Shown here: positions 1 to 8,039 of the stretch, in pieces | Position numbering within the stretch: position 1 is the first letter of the stretch | How the letters are laid out: the number at the start of each line of letters is the position of its first letter | NCBI GenBank assembly: GCA_030167145.1 | Contig: CP126532.1 | Location: forward strand, 2,520,001-2,552,000 | Reading direction: 5' to 3' | DNA: 32,000 bases | Source of the DNA: Ktedonobacterales bacterium | GTDB taxonomy: Bacteria; Chloroflexota; Ktedonobacteria; Ktedonobacterales; JADMIN01 | The notes under the pieces: model-generated | Told to the model about the DNA's origin: nothing | Seen by the model: the letters and a program-made list of their open reading frames with translations, nothing else | Databases searched by the model: none | Translations under genes and position numbers: made by a program

Positions 1-413
1 CCGACGGTCTTGACTTTGTTATCCTGCAAGATCTTCATCGTCTGGTCGCTGGGCAGGTTGGGAATGGTGGTAGTGAATTTGGTGTTGGGCTGGCCGCTGG
101 AAACATCAGACTGCACGGCCTTCTTGAAGGTGCCGCTGGCGGAGTTGTCGGTGATGGTGACGGAGGCGACGTTGCCAGCCTGCACCTGGCTGATGAACTG
201 GCTGTAGCTGACTTGCTCGCCAGAGTTGGAGCTATTGGGATTCCAGATCAGGAAGATGACCCAGGGAATCACCAGCAAGAGAAGCAACCACGGCAGGTTG
301 CGCCGCCACCAGGGGCCACGGTTCGCCGGGGTGTTGGTGTTGTTCTGTTGGTTTTCATTGCCCCGAGGAAATCCTGGGGGGCCGTCGTTACGGCGGTCGG
401 GCTGTTGCATCAT
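1..413 (-). CDS. ftsH: ATP-dependent zinc metalloprotease FtsH, N-terminal part only (gene runs off the left edge)
   Basis: It is absent from the ORF track because it is truncated by the window edge. Minus-strand translation from the ATG at 413 (GGAGG 6 nt upstream, 420-424) gives MMQQPDRRNDGPPGF..RRNLPWLLLLLVIPWVIFLIW (a TM helix), then ..EQVSYSQFISQVQAGNVASVTITDNSASGTF...MKILQDNKVKTV. That is the usual FtsH N-terminal layout of TM helix plus extracytoplasmic domain. The AAA and protease domains lie outside the window, so the identity is provisional. Confidence 0.6.
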   Translation of the reverse strand, partial: MMQQPDRRNDGPPGFPRGNENQQNNTNTPANRGPWWRRNLPWLLLLLVIPWVIFLIWNPNSSNSGEQVSYSQFISQVQAGNVASVTITDNSASGTFKKAVQSDVSSGQPNTKFTTTIPNLPSDQTMKILQDNKVKTV

Positions 414-728
414 GCGATGCCTCCACAGTTCAAACGCGCAAAAGGTGGGCACGGCGGCCAGTTGGGTCGCTGGGCCACAGCATATGCCAGTAGTGTGACA
501 CATCTCTGTGATAAGCGTATGAGAGCGCGCAACGCATAGACAATGCCAGTGCGATGGCCTAGCGCGATGTCCAGGGGGTGAGCGTACTCTACGTGAATAT
601 ACTACGATGCCCAAGACGCGGCGTTGCGCGCATAGGGGAAGCGTCCATGCCACGCCCGCAGCGCATCTAGGCGTGGCGTAGCAAGTAGCATTGCTGCCCA
701 CCATCGTAAACTTGAGCTAATGTGGCCG

Positions 729-1556
729 TTATCGGCGCTGCTTTTCGGCGGCGGCGATGCGCACGCGGAACCACTCGACGACACGGAGCCAGTCATTTTC
801 GGGGATGTCGCTGTATTTGCCGACGTGGAACGCCTGGCGCAGGTCGTTGTATATCATAGCGTGCGAGTGGCCGGTAAGGTCGTGTAGGCGGTTCGCCGAC
901 GCCTGGACTGTCGCCTGATGTTCGGGCGAGAGCGTTTGCGGGCCGAGGCGCTCCAGGATTTCAGGGACAAGGCGGGTGATCTCTTCGACGCTTTCCAGGC
1001 GGGTTTCGACGGAGTCGCGCCACTGCTCGATGTCGGCGCGCCATTCCAGCCACACGGCCATGTCGCGGTGGTACTTCGCCCAGATGAGCGGCTCCGCATC
1101 TTCTGGTGGCCGCTCCGGCCTGGTGATCGGCTCAGCGGGCACGAGGTTCGGTGGGGGCGTCAATTCCGCCGGGCGGCGCTCAAAGTGACGGGCGAGCACG
1201 TCGGTCGCTTCGAGCTGAAAGGCGATCACGGCGGCGCGCGCTTCGGCCTTGGCGACGCGGTTCTCATCTATGCCATAGAGCCACCCTGGCAAGCCTTGCA
1301 GCGTCAGCGCGGGCATGGCTTGTGGGCCACCATCCGTTTGCACCTCTACGTCTATCAAGTGCCTGCGTAGCGCAGTTTTACGCTCGATTCTGCGAAGTTG
1401 CGCGTGAGTATCCAATTGCATCCCCTCACACATCCATCGCAGCAGTGCTGCGATCCGTCCGTCGGCCAAGCGTACAGCCACCAGTTCGCGTCCATAGAAA
1501 GAAAGAGATGCCTGCTCTACTGGCTGTAATACCTCTCGCTTATCACCAGTGCCCAT
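729..1556 (-). CDS. Phage antirepressor-like protein (P22_AR_N-like N-terminus, ORF6C-like C-terminus)
   Basis: The track ORF is 729..1595 (-). I prefer the ATG at 1556 (MGTGDKREV..) because GGAGGAGG lies 9 nt upstream. The N-terminus (SLSFYGRELVAVRLADGRIAALLRWMCEGMQLD...LTLQGLPGWLYGIDENRV) resembles the phage P22 antirepressor N-terminal domain. The C-terminus (HAMIYNDLRQAFHVGKYSDIPENDWLRVVEWFRVRI) resembles the ORF6C-type tail of phage antirepressor/Rha-like proteins. The assignment rests on motif recognition, not a database search. Confidence 0.7.
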   Translation of the reverse strand: MGTGDKREVLQPVEQASLSFYGRELVAVRLADGRIAALLRWMCEGMQLDTHAQLRRIERKTALRRHLIDVEVQTDGGPQAMPALTLQGLPGWLYGIDENRVAKAEARAAVIAFQLEATDVLARHFERRPAELTPPPNLVPAEPITRPERPPEDAEPLIWAKYHRDMAVWLEWRADIEQWRDSVETRLESVEEITRLVPEILERLGPQTLSPEHQATVQASANRLHDLTGHSHAMIYNDLRQAFHVGKYSDIPENDWLRVVEWFRVRIAAAEKQRR

Positions 1557-1766
1557 GATTTCTAGCCTCCTCCAAGGGGTGGCTATGATGGCCACCCCTT
1601 TGTGTAAAAGCGCTGTCAGGCTAGATGATTTCTAGCCTCCCCAAAGGGGCCTGCATGATACAGGCCCCTTTGTGTAACAATGCCGTCAGGCTAGACTATT
1701 TCTAGCCTTGGCCCATCAAAAGGCTCCCAATGGGTGTGCTGTTATGGCACACCCTTCCTCACCCTC
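1557..1766. repeat. Tandem repeat of three 70-bp units (two near-identical, one degenerate), each with a GC-rich hairpin
   Basis: TCTAGCCT occurs at 1561, 1631 and 1701, an exact 70-bp period. The hairpins are AAGGGGTGGC/GCCACCCCTT (1574-1600), AAAGGGGCCTG/CAGGCCCCTTT (1643-1671) and GGGTGTGC/GCACACCC (1732-1754). AGGCTAGA-N5-TCTAGCCT palindromes lie at 1618-1638 and 1688-1708. Confidence 0.85.
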
Positions 1767-2277
1767 TTTTGGATGGATCATTCTCGCCACACGACGAAAA
1801 TGATCCGGAATGGGTTGTCACAATGCCTTCAACACGCGCATTGCTAACCCAGCGCATGCTATCCCATTAAGAAGAGATATACGCACGTCCGCGAAAAAGC
1901 GGAAAACGACGTTGGGATACGCGCGGCCAGCCGGGGAGATTGGGGGGACGAACGCGACGCCAGCCGCGCGCGGATATTCTGCACATGGGGGATACGTCTC
2001 CTTCATCTGGAGGCGCTGGCGACAAGTGGAACGGGGGGATGTGTCAGCATGTATAGCATGCGCGGGCCACGAATACGGGGCTATACAGCCGCCCAGGCCG
2101 CATGATATGCTGAGCAAAGCCCTGTCCGCTGCATGATCCAGCGCCGGGGTCAGCGGGCGTCAGATGCGGCAAACATCTGGCGCTCGCGCACGTTTATAGG
2201 ACAAGTGTAACACACCAACGGGCAAACGTCAGTCCTCGCCAAATCGCGGCATCTAGCTCGCCTGCTGTTTCCTGTGT

Positions 2278-2307
2278 TTGACGCGCTCGCCGTCACGCGC
2301 CTATCAT
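2278..2307 (+). promoter_or_regulatory. Candidate sigma70-type promoter for sucCD (TTGACG-18 bp-TATCAT)
   Basis: TTGACG lies at 2278-2283 and TATCAT at 2302-2307, about 95 nt upstream of the sucC ATG. This is a pattern match only. Confidence 0.3.
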
Positions 2308-2402
2308 TGAAAGGCTGGGATAGATGCTCCCCGTTGCTCTGTCCGGCGCATGGGCGCTGGCTGCGCGCCGGGCATAGAATTCGCCAGATAGGGAACAAAA
2401 CG

Positions 2403-3545
2403 ATGAAGATTCACGAGTACCAGGCGAAGGAGATCCTGCGCCGGTACGGCATTCCCGTGCAGCCGGGCAAGATTGCTACCACGCCCGCCGAGGCCGAAGC
2501 TATCGCACGCGAGTTCGGTGAGCCGGTGGTCATCAAAGCACAGGTGTACGTCGGTGGGCGCGGCAAAGCTGGTGGCATCCAGTTCGGCGATACGCCCGAA
2601 CAGGCGCGCGACGCCGCCAGCCGTGTGCTGGGCATGGACATCAAGGGCCTCACCGTCGAGAAGGTGCTCGTCACCCCCAAGATCGAGATTCAGGACGAAT
2701 ATTACCTGGGCATCGTGCTGGACCGCGCTTCACAAGCGCCGGTGGTGATGGTTAGCGCCGCCGGTGGCGTGGATATCGAGCAGGTGGCGGAGGAGACGCC
2801 GGAGAAGATCGTCAAGCAGCCGATTGATGTACGCTGGGGACTGCCCGCGTATCAGGCGCGCAACCTGCTGGCGCAAGCTGGCATGCCCTCCAACGTCGTC
2901 GCCAAAGGCGGCGCGATCCTCTCCGCGCTGGCGCAGGCCTACACCGGCAGCGACGCTACCCTCGCCGAGATCAACCCGCTGGCGCTGACCACGGACGGCC
3001 AAGTGATGGCCGCCGACGGCAAGATTTTGATTGACGACAACGCCCTGCCACGCCAGAAGGAATACGCCAGTTGGGCTGAACCAGAGGAAGCGAATCCGCT
3101 GGAATTCGAGGCCAAGGCTGAAGGATTAACTTATGTCAAGTTAGATGGCGATGTCGGCATCATCGGTAATGGCGCGGGATTGGTCATGACCACGCTGGAT
3201 ATGGTGGCTCGCGCGGGCGGCAAGCCCGCCAACTTCCTGGACATCGGCGGCGGCGCACGGGCTGAGGTGATGAAGAAGGCGCTGCTATTCGTCGCACGTG
3301 ATCCACAGGTGAAGGGCATCTTCGTCAATATCTTCGGAGGCATCACGCGCGGCGAAGAGGTGGCGAAGGGCATCATCATGGCGCAGCAAGAGCTTCCGGC
3401 GGGCATGCCCATCGTCGCGCGGCTCTCCGGTACCGGCGCGGAAGAGGGGCAGGCGCTGCTGGCGAACGCGGGGCTGACGTGGGGCGCGGATATGCGCGAC
3501 GGCGCGCAGAAGATCGTCGCCGAGATTACGGCGAAGGGGCAATAG
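2403..3545 (+). CDS. sucC: Succinyl-CoA synthetase (ADP-forming) beta subunit
   Basis: The track ORF is 2274..3545. The conserved N-terminus [19 protein letters not shown] starts at the ATG at 2403. The protein has an ATP-grasp domain plus a CoA-ligase domain (..[27 protein letters not shown]..). It sits immediately upstream of sucD. Confidence 0.95.
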   Translation: MKIHEYQAKEILRRYGIPVQPGKIATTPAEAEAIAREFGEPVVIKAQVYVGGRGKAGGIQFGDTPEQARDAASRVLGMDIKGLTVEKVLVTPKIEIQDEYYLGIVLDRASQAPVVMVSAAGGVDIEQVAEETPEKIVKQPIDVRWGLPAYQARNLLAQAGMPSNVVAKGGAILSALAQAYTGSDATLAEINPLALTTDGQVMAADGKILIDDNALPRQKEYASWAEPEEANPLEFEAKAEGLTYVKLDGDVGIIGNGAGLVMTTLDMVARAGGKPANFLDIGGGARAEVMKKALLFVARDPQVKGIFVNIFGGITRGEEVAKGIIMAQQELPAGMPIVARLSGTGAEEGQALLANAGLTWGADMRDGAQKIVAEITAKGQ

Positions 3546-3547
3546 TT

Positions 3548-4423
3548 GTGAGCATCCTATTCGATAAGAACTCGCGCGTCATCGTACAGGGCATCACCGG
3601 CAGCGAGGGGCGCTATCACACGCCGCGCATGATAGATTCGGGCACGCGCATCGTCGGTGGCATGACGCCCGGCAAGGGTGGCCAGGATTTCCAGGGGCTG
3701 CCGGTCTTCGATACGGTGACTGAGGCGAAGGCCAAAACTGGCGCGAATGCCTCGTGCATCTTCGTGCCGCCGATGGGCGCGGCGGACGCGATCATGGAAG
3801 CGGCGGCGGCAGGCATCGAGCTGGTGGTCTGCATCACCGAGGGCATTCCGGTGAACGATATGATTCGCGTCGCTGCCTTCCTCAAGGAACATCCGACGCG
3901 GCTGATCGGGCCGAACTGCCCTGGACTGGCGACGCCGGGCACGGGCAAGGTGGGCATCATGCCGTATCAGTTCATGCGTGAGGGCAATGTGGGCTTCGTC
4001 TCGCGCTCTGGCACGCTGACCTATGAAGTGGTGGCGCTGCTGACCGAGGCCGGGCTGGGGCAGTCGTCGTGCATTGGCATCGGCGGCGACCCAATCATCG
4101 GCACAACTTTTATTGATTGCCTGCGACTCTTCGAGGCGGACCCACAGACCGAGGTGGTGGTGATGTGCGGTGAGATCGGCGGCAGCGATGAAGAGGATGC
4201 CGCAGCCTACGCCGCGACGATGAAGAAACCGGTGGTCGGCTTCATCTCTGGACGCACCGCGCCTCCGGGTAAGCGCATGGGCCACGCGGGCGCGATCATC
4301 TCTGGCAAGACCGGCACGGCGCAGGGCAAAGTCGAGGCGCTGCAAGCAGCGGGCGTGCCCGTCGCCGACACGATCTTCGAGATTCCTGAGCTAACGAGGC
4401 AGGCGCTGGCGAAGCGCGGATAA
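3548..4423 (+). CDS. sucD: Succinyl-CoA synthetase alpha subunit
   Basis: A GTG at 3548 lies 2 nt after the sucC stop, which suggests translational coupling. The sequence reads [24 protein letters not shown].., ..SRSGTLTYE.., and the phosphohistidine loop [10 protein letters not shown]. Confidence 0.95.
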   Translation: MSILFDKNSRVIVQGITGSEGRYHTPRMIDSGTRIVGGMTPGKGGQDFQGLPVFDTVTEAKAKTGANASCIFVPPMGAADAIMEAAAAGIELVVCITEGIPVNDMIRVAAFLKEHPTRLIGPNCPGLATPGTGKVGIMPYQFMREGNVGFVSRSGTLTYEVVALLTEAGLGQSSCIGIGGDPIIGTTFIDCLRLFEADPQTEVVVMCGEIGGSDEEDAAAYAATMKKPVVGFISGRTAPPGKRMGHAGAIISGKTGTAQGKVEALQAAGVPVADTIFEIPELTRQALAKRG

Positions 4424-4458
4424 CACGCGGCTCGCATGGTGGGAGCGTGAAATAACAG

Positions 4459-4500
4459 AGTAGCCGCAGGTTTTCAGCCCGCGGCTACTGCTGTTCTGTG
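4459..4500 (+). terminator. Intrinsic terminator-like hairpin after sucD
   Basis: The arms AGTAGCCGCAGG (4459-4470) and CCCGCGGCTACT (4478-4489) pair over 12 nt with one mismatch. The loop is the 7-nt ttttcag. A T-rich tail gctgttctgtg follows. Confidence 0.55.
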
Positions 4501-4567
4501 CATCTGATGTTGTCCAAAGGAGTGACTTCGGAGCTATGTTGTCTGGCTACCACGCGCTCTGCGGCGA

Positions 4568-4777
4568 TTAGCAATCTTCGCTGAGATATCCGCTCTGCAC
4601 CAGCCACCGCGCGAAGAGCAGCCGCCGTGCATCCAGGCCGATGGCACTATAGATGGGGTCGTTGAGGTACTGCTGGCGGAGCGCAATGAGGCGGTCCACC
4701 TGATCCGCTGAAAAGTCGCGCTCCAGCACGGCGATCCTGATGCTGCTGGTGTCGCATTCGTTCTCTTGCTCAAACAT
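4568..4777 (-). CDS. Small hypothetical protein (69 aa)
   Basis: GGAGG lies 7 nt upstream of the ATG (gccgaaGGAGGcgcacgATG). The composition looks coding. No family was recognised. Confidence 0.6.
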   Translation of the reverse strand: MFEQENECDTSSIRIAVLERDFSADQVDRLIALRQQYLNDPIYSAIGLDARRLLFARWLVQSGYLSEDC

Positions 4778-4953
4778 CGTGCGCCTCCTTCGGCGTGTGC
4801 CTTTCCTTATGTAGTGATTCGCGCGAGGTTACACGTACCTCTTCTGATTCGCGCTCGCGCATCCGGATGCGCTAAGCGTGGTGAATGAAGGCAGAGACCG
4901 GACCTGGCACAGGCTACCTGGACGTAGATCCGATCCGGTCCTGCCTTCCGCTG

Positions 4954-5457
4954 CTACCGCACGCACATGCTGGGTGCGCTGAGTCGGACGCATGTCGCGG
5001 CGCCGGAAAGATCGTGTGCCACGTTGTCGTAGGGGGCGTCGGGCTGAATGTAGCTGGACGCACGGGGCAGGTTCCGCGTGAGATTGCTATATGCAGCGTC
5101 GGGACGGGCAGTAGATGCGGCGTCCATGTCGCGTGTGAGATCGCTGTACGGCGCGTCGGGACGAACATACGCGGCGTTCACGTTATCGTAGGGGGCGTCG
5201 GGCTGGATGTACGCGGCGGACTTCATTGTCTCGTGCCAAAGGAGCTGTCCACGCGCGGGGATGAAGCCGCTGCCGTCCTCGGGGAAGTCGTGAACCTGCG
5301 AGATGTGCGGAACGGCTGCGGGCCGGGCGGTGGGAGCGCGGTGGCCGAACAGCATGAAGACGCCTACGAACAGGAGTATCAGCAGGGCGGCGGCGATTGG
5401 CGCGGCTATCTGGCCAGCGCGCGTCTGTGTCTTCGTGGTGGGGCTTGCTGTGTTCAT
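4954..5457 (-). CDS. Single-pass membrane protein with tandem PDAPY-type repeats
   Basis: The N-terminus is basic and is followed by a TM helix (IAAPIAAALLILLFVGVFMLF). The repeats are YIQPDAPYDNV / YVRPDAPYSDLTRD / ARPDAAYSNLTRN / YIQPDAPYDNV. A GAGAGGA SD-like element lies upstream. The overlapping + strand ORF (4885..5478) looks non-coding. Confidence 0.55.
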   Translation of the reverse strand: MNTASPTTKTQTRAGQIAAPIAAALLILLFVGVFMLFGHRAPTARPAAVPHISQVHDFPEDGSGFIPARGQLLWHETMKSAAYIQPDAPYDNVNAAYVRPDAPYSDLTRDMDAASTARPDAAYSNLTRNLPRASSYIQPDAPYDNVAHDLSGAATCVRLSAPSMCVR

Positions 5458-5595
5458 GGTGCTGGTGATCCTCTCTGAGTGATCGTCTCTGGCTGTGGTG
5501 TGATGATCCTGGTTGGTGGTTCGGGCGCTGGTTGGACGCGGCTTCAGTGATGAGGCGAATCAGCGCACGGCTGCAGGTGCGCTGATTCCTGAGAG

Positions 5596-5826
5596 TTACG
5601 CATGCGCTCCGGGGACAAGCGATTCGGCTGGCGCTGGCTTCGCGCGACGGGCGGAGATGCGCTGGCGGGCGGCGACGGCGAGCGCGCTTAGACGCTGCGC
5701 GAGGCGGGCGGCGGCTGACGGTTGACCGGCGCGTGCCTGGGCGGCGAGCCGCTCGATTTCGGCTTCGCGCAGCAGGGCGCGCTGATGTTCGTCAACGAGT
5801 TTGGCGGCGAGGTGTGGATGCAACAT
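5596..5826 (-). CDS. Small Ala/Arg-rich helical hypothetical protein
   Basis: I prefer the ATG at 5826 (MLHPHLAAKLVDEHQRALLREAEIERLAAQA..) because AAGGAG lies 8 nt upstream. The track ORF extends to 5850. Confidence 0.55.
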   Translation of the reverse strand: MLHPHLAAKLVDEHQRALLREAEIERLAAQARAGQPSAAARLAQRLSALAVAARQRISARRAKPAPAESLVPGAHA

Positions 5827-6016
5827 GGTGGGCGCTCCTTCTGGGGTCACTCTGGACTTTTGGCTTGCTCGTTCACCCGCTCGATGCGGATGAAGATGCC
5901 CAAAGTGTGCCCGGCGGAGAGGCGCGACACCACGAAAAACCCGTAGAAGAACCCGTAGAACCGCACGGAGGAATGCGCGAACATGCGCGAAGCGGCATTG
6001 GTGGGTAGGATTGCTA

Positions 6017-7438
6017 TTAATGAAGTCGAATCAAACCGATCAGGAAGAGCACGAACGAGGTGTAGGCGACAATGCTCGGCGGCGCAAAGGTCAGCGGCAG
6101 GTAGGCCGAGAACCACAGACGCGGCAGCACGGTAAGGCCCAGCAGACCGAGTGCAAAGCTCCAGTAGAGGGCGATAGAGAGCCAGATGCCATTGCGGAGA
6201 TGCTCAAGCCATTGTATGGCCACCTGTATGGCCACCGCCGTGTTGAAGTTCGGCAGCGCCAGCGCGCCCACAAGAATGATGGCGCAGGCCGCGGTGAGTA
6301 TGGAGATACAGACGACGCCCAGCCAGAGCCAGTTACGTGGGTCCACGTCCACCCACATGCCGAGGGTACAAACGCCAGAATGGTTGAGACAGGCGGGAAG
6401 ATGCCGATGCTGTTCGGTGAGCAAACTGAGGTATCGCTGCGTCGCCCGCGAGGCTTCCAATGAACAGACCGCCGCAACCGCGAGCAATGCGGGCCAGAGC
6501 GCGACGCGCAGTGGCTGCGCCAGCACGTTCATGAAGAAACCACCACCGGTCGCCGATTCGAGCGTGTTCTCGACCAACTGCGCCGCTTTCTCCCACGCTT
6601 GCACGGGTTCTGGATCTGGTGGAATGTGTACTGGTAGATGGGGATTCGGCGCGCTGAGCACCGCCGCGATCGGCAGCAGCGCGAACCCCAGAGTGCCAGC
6701 TATCGCCATGAAACGAACATCCCAATAGGTTGGCGTCCAAATGTCGGGGCAGGCGAGATATGGGCCGTGAGTCGGAGCGCCAATGAAGCAGATATGTACA
6801 GGCTTTCTCACTAGCCAACTATCAAATCCCGACCAGAAGAGGAAAGCGAATGCACCCAAGACACCTGCTATAACGATCAACGCACCAGCAAACGCCGCGA
6901 ACCATGGCGGCGGATGTGGTTGCCCCTGTTGCCCTATGACTCTAAAGAGAATTGCGCCTACTACGACAAAGTTCACGAAGGTATAGAACGGACCGGCGGT
7001 GTTGCGCACGACCAGGTGAATGAAGTCGCCAAGCCAGGCAAGATTGGGTATCGGTCGTAGTTGCGGATAATAGAGAAACAGCATGAAGATGAACAAGACG
7101 GCTACGGTGAGCCACTGCCGCAATGCTGGAACAGGCATGCTCCGAAGTAGAGCAAGGAGCAAGACGCCAAGCCAAATGTAGATGATCGCCCCCTGTGCGA
7201 ACAGATTGGCAGCCACAGCCGCTGGTATGGGATTGGTAAGTGGATTGAGCGCATGAGCGACAGATGGGCCAGTAAGGGGCTGAGGAGGCGTGTAGCCCTG
7301 GAACCCCACCAGCGCGAATGCCACCAACCAGAAGAGTGTCAGCCCCACGACCTGGAATGGATAGTGTCTCAGTAAATTTACCAGCGTGTCTATCGGCGCT
7401 GGAGGCGGTGGCGGTGGCGGTGGCAGTGGCCCTCCCAT
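6017..7438 (-). CDS. Polytopic integral membrane protein, unknown function (473 aa)
   Basis: GGGAGGA lies upstream of the ATG. There are many long hydrophobic segments. The N-terminus MGGPLPPPPPPPPAPID carries an 8-proline run. Confidence 0.8.
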   Translation of the reverse strand: MGGPLPPPPPPPPAPIDTLVNLLRHYPFQVVGLTLFWLVAFALVGFQGYTPPQPLTGPSVAHALNPLTNPIPAAVAANLFAQGAIIYIWLGVLLLALLRSMPVPALRQWLTVAVLFIFMLFLYYPQLRPIPNLAWLGDFIHLVVRNTAGPFYTFVNFVVVGAILFRVIGQQGQPHPPPWFAAFAGALIVIAGVLGAFAFLFWSGFDSWLVRKPVHICFIGAPTHGPYLACPDIWTPTYWDVRFMAIAGTLGFALLPIAAVLSAPNPHLPVHIPPDPEPVQAWEKAAQLVENTLESATGGGFFMNVLAQPLRVALWPALLAVAAVCSLEASRATQRYLSLLTEQHRHLPACLNHSGVCTLGMWVDVDPRNWLWLGVVCISILTAACAIILVGALALPNFNTAVAIQVAIQWLEHLRNGIWLSIALYWSFALGLLGLTVLPRLWFSAYLPLTFAPPSIVAYTSFVLFLIGLIRLH

Positions 7439-7638
7439 ATAGTATTCCTCCCAGCACAGCCATCACGTCAGCTCCGTGCCGCGCAATACGCAAGCGTGGT
7501 GCCAAAAAGGCGTGTACGAGTGGAGAATAGAGTGGGAGGGGTAAGGAGACATGATGTGTAGAAGCGAGGGGGGAATATGCTCGCGCGCCATAGACGTGAG
7601 GATGGAATACGGCGCGCGAGGCTATCGAGGAGAGGCGG

Positions 7639-7884
7639 CTATTGCTGGTAGTGCTCGACGGTGCCAGCGGCGCGCTCCTGCGCGCCTTCGGGGTCCAGCC
7701 CCGCATGGCGGCGCGCTCGGCGCTGGCGCAGCAGATCCCACAGGCGATCAATCTCGACTTGCAGTTCTTTCAGCCGGGTGCGCTGCGTGTCATCCAGGCC
7801 GCCGCTGGTTTCGCCCGCATGCAGCAGATCATGCTCTTCGTTGGTCAGCTCGCTAATGCTGTGTAGAATCTGGGGATCGTCCAC
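7639..7884 (-). CDS. DUF2630-like small protein
   Basis: ..DDPQILHSISELTNEEHDLL...LKELQVEIDRLWDLLRQRRARRHAGLDPE.. matches the DUF2630 pattern as I remember it. The likely start is the GTG at 7884, with GGAGGAGG 5 nt upstream. The track ORF starts at the ATG at 7899, which has no SD. Confidence 0.78.
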   Translation of the reverse strand: MDDPQILHSISELTNEEHDLLHAGETSGGLDDTQRTRLKELQVEIDRLWDLLRQRRARRHAGLDPEGAQERAAGTVEHYQQ

Positions 7885-8039
7885 GCGGTCCTCCTCCATC
7901 CATTCATATGATGCTCAATTAACAACGTCGTCACCGCTATTCTACCGCAGGACGGTTTGGCTTGCGAGCGGCGGAGGCTGCGCCGTCCACGCTAACGGCT
8001 CGCAACGCGCGAAGTGCATCCCCCTAAAGTTCGTCCTCT

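Noticed and set aside
524-632. An 11-bp inverted repeat, GCGCGCAACGC ... GCGTTGCGCGC, with the arms ~100 bp apart in the ftsH upstream region.
   Set aside because: The arms are far apart and GC-rich, and nothing else supports a structured element or IS ends there. Chance or an ordinary promoter-region feature cannot be excluded.
1557-1766. A possible mini-CRISPR array, because the 70-bp period resembles repeat plus spacer.
   Set aside because: Most of each unit is conserved. The only variable parts are ~15 nt that are themselves palindromic hairpin arms, plus 7 nt more. That does not fit the repeat/unique-spacer organisation. There are only 2.5 units, and no cas genes are in the window.
1810-2136. 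Overlapping ORFs 1810..2136 (+) and 1818..2117 (-) in the long sucC-upstream gap.
   Set aside because: They are mutually exclusive, neither has an SD, and both have Arg/Cys/His-rich compositions unlike the real genes here. I treat the region as non-coding, and it is flagged separately as a long gap.
2274-2402. A 43-aa N-terminal extension of sucC implied by the track ORF start.
   Set aside because: The universally conserved SucC N-terminus ([10 protein letters not shown]..) begins at 2403. The extension is Arg/Cys/Trp-rich, and it overlaps the candidate promoter.
4885-5478. A 197-aa + strand ORF overlapping the PDAPY-repeat gene.
   Set aside because: It has no SD and a Gly/Val/Arg/Cys-rich composition with no TM or domain logic. 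The minus-strand frame has a signal-anchor helix, an SD-like element and coherent peptide repeats.
7551-7856. A + strand ORF with an excellent SD (TAAGGAGAC before ATGATG).
   Set aside because: It is almost entirely antisense to the DUF2630-like gene, which has a recognisable conserved pattern. Its translation (Arg/Ala/Gly/Cys-rich) looks non-protein-like.
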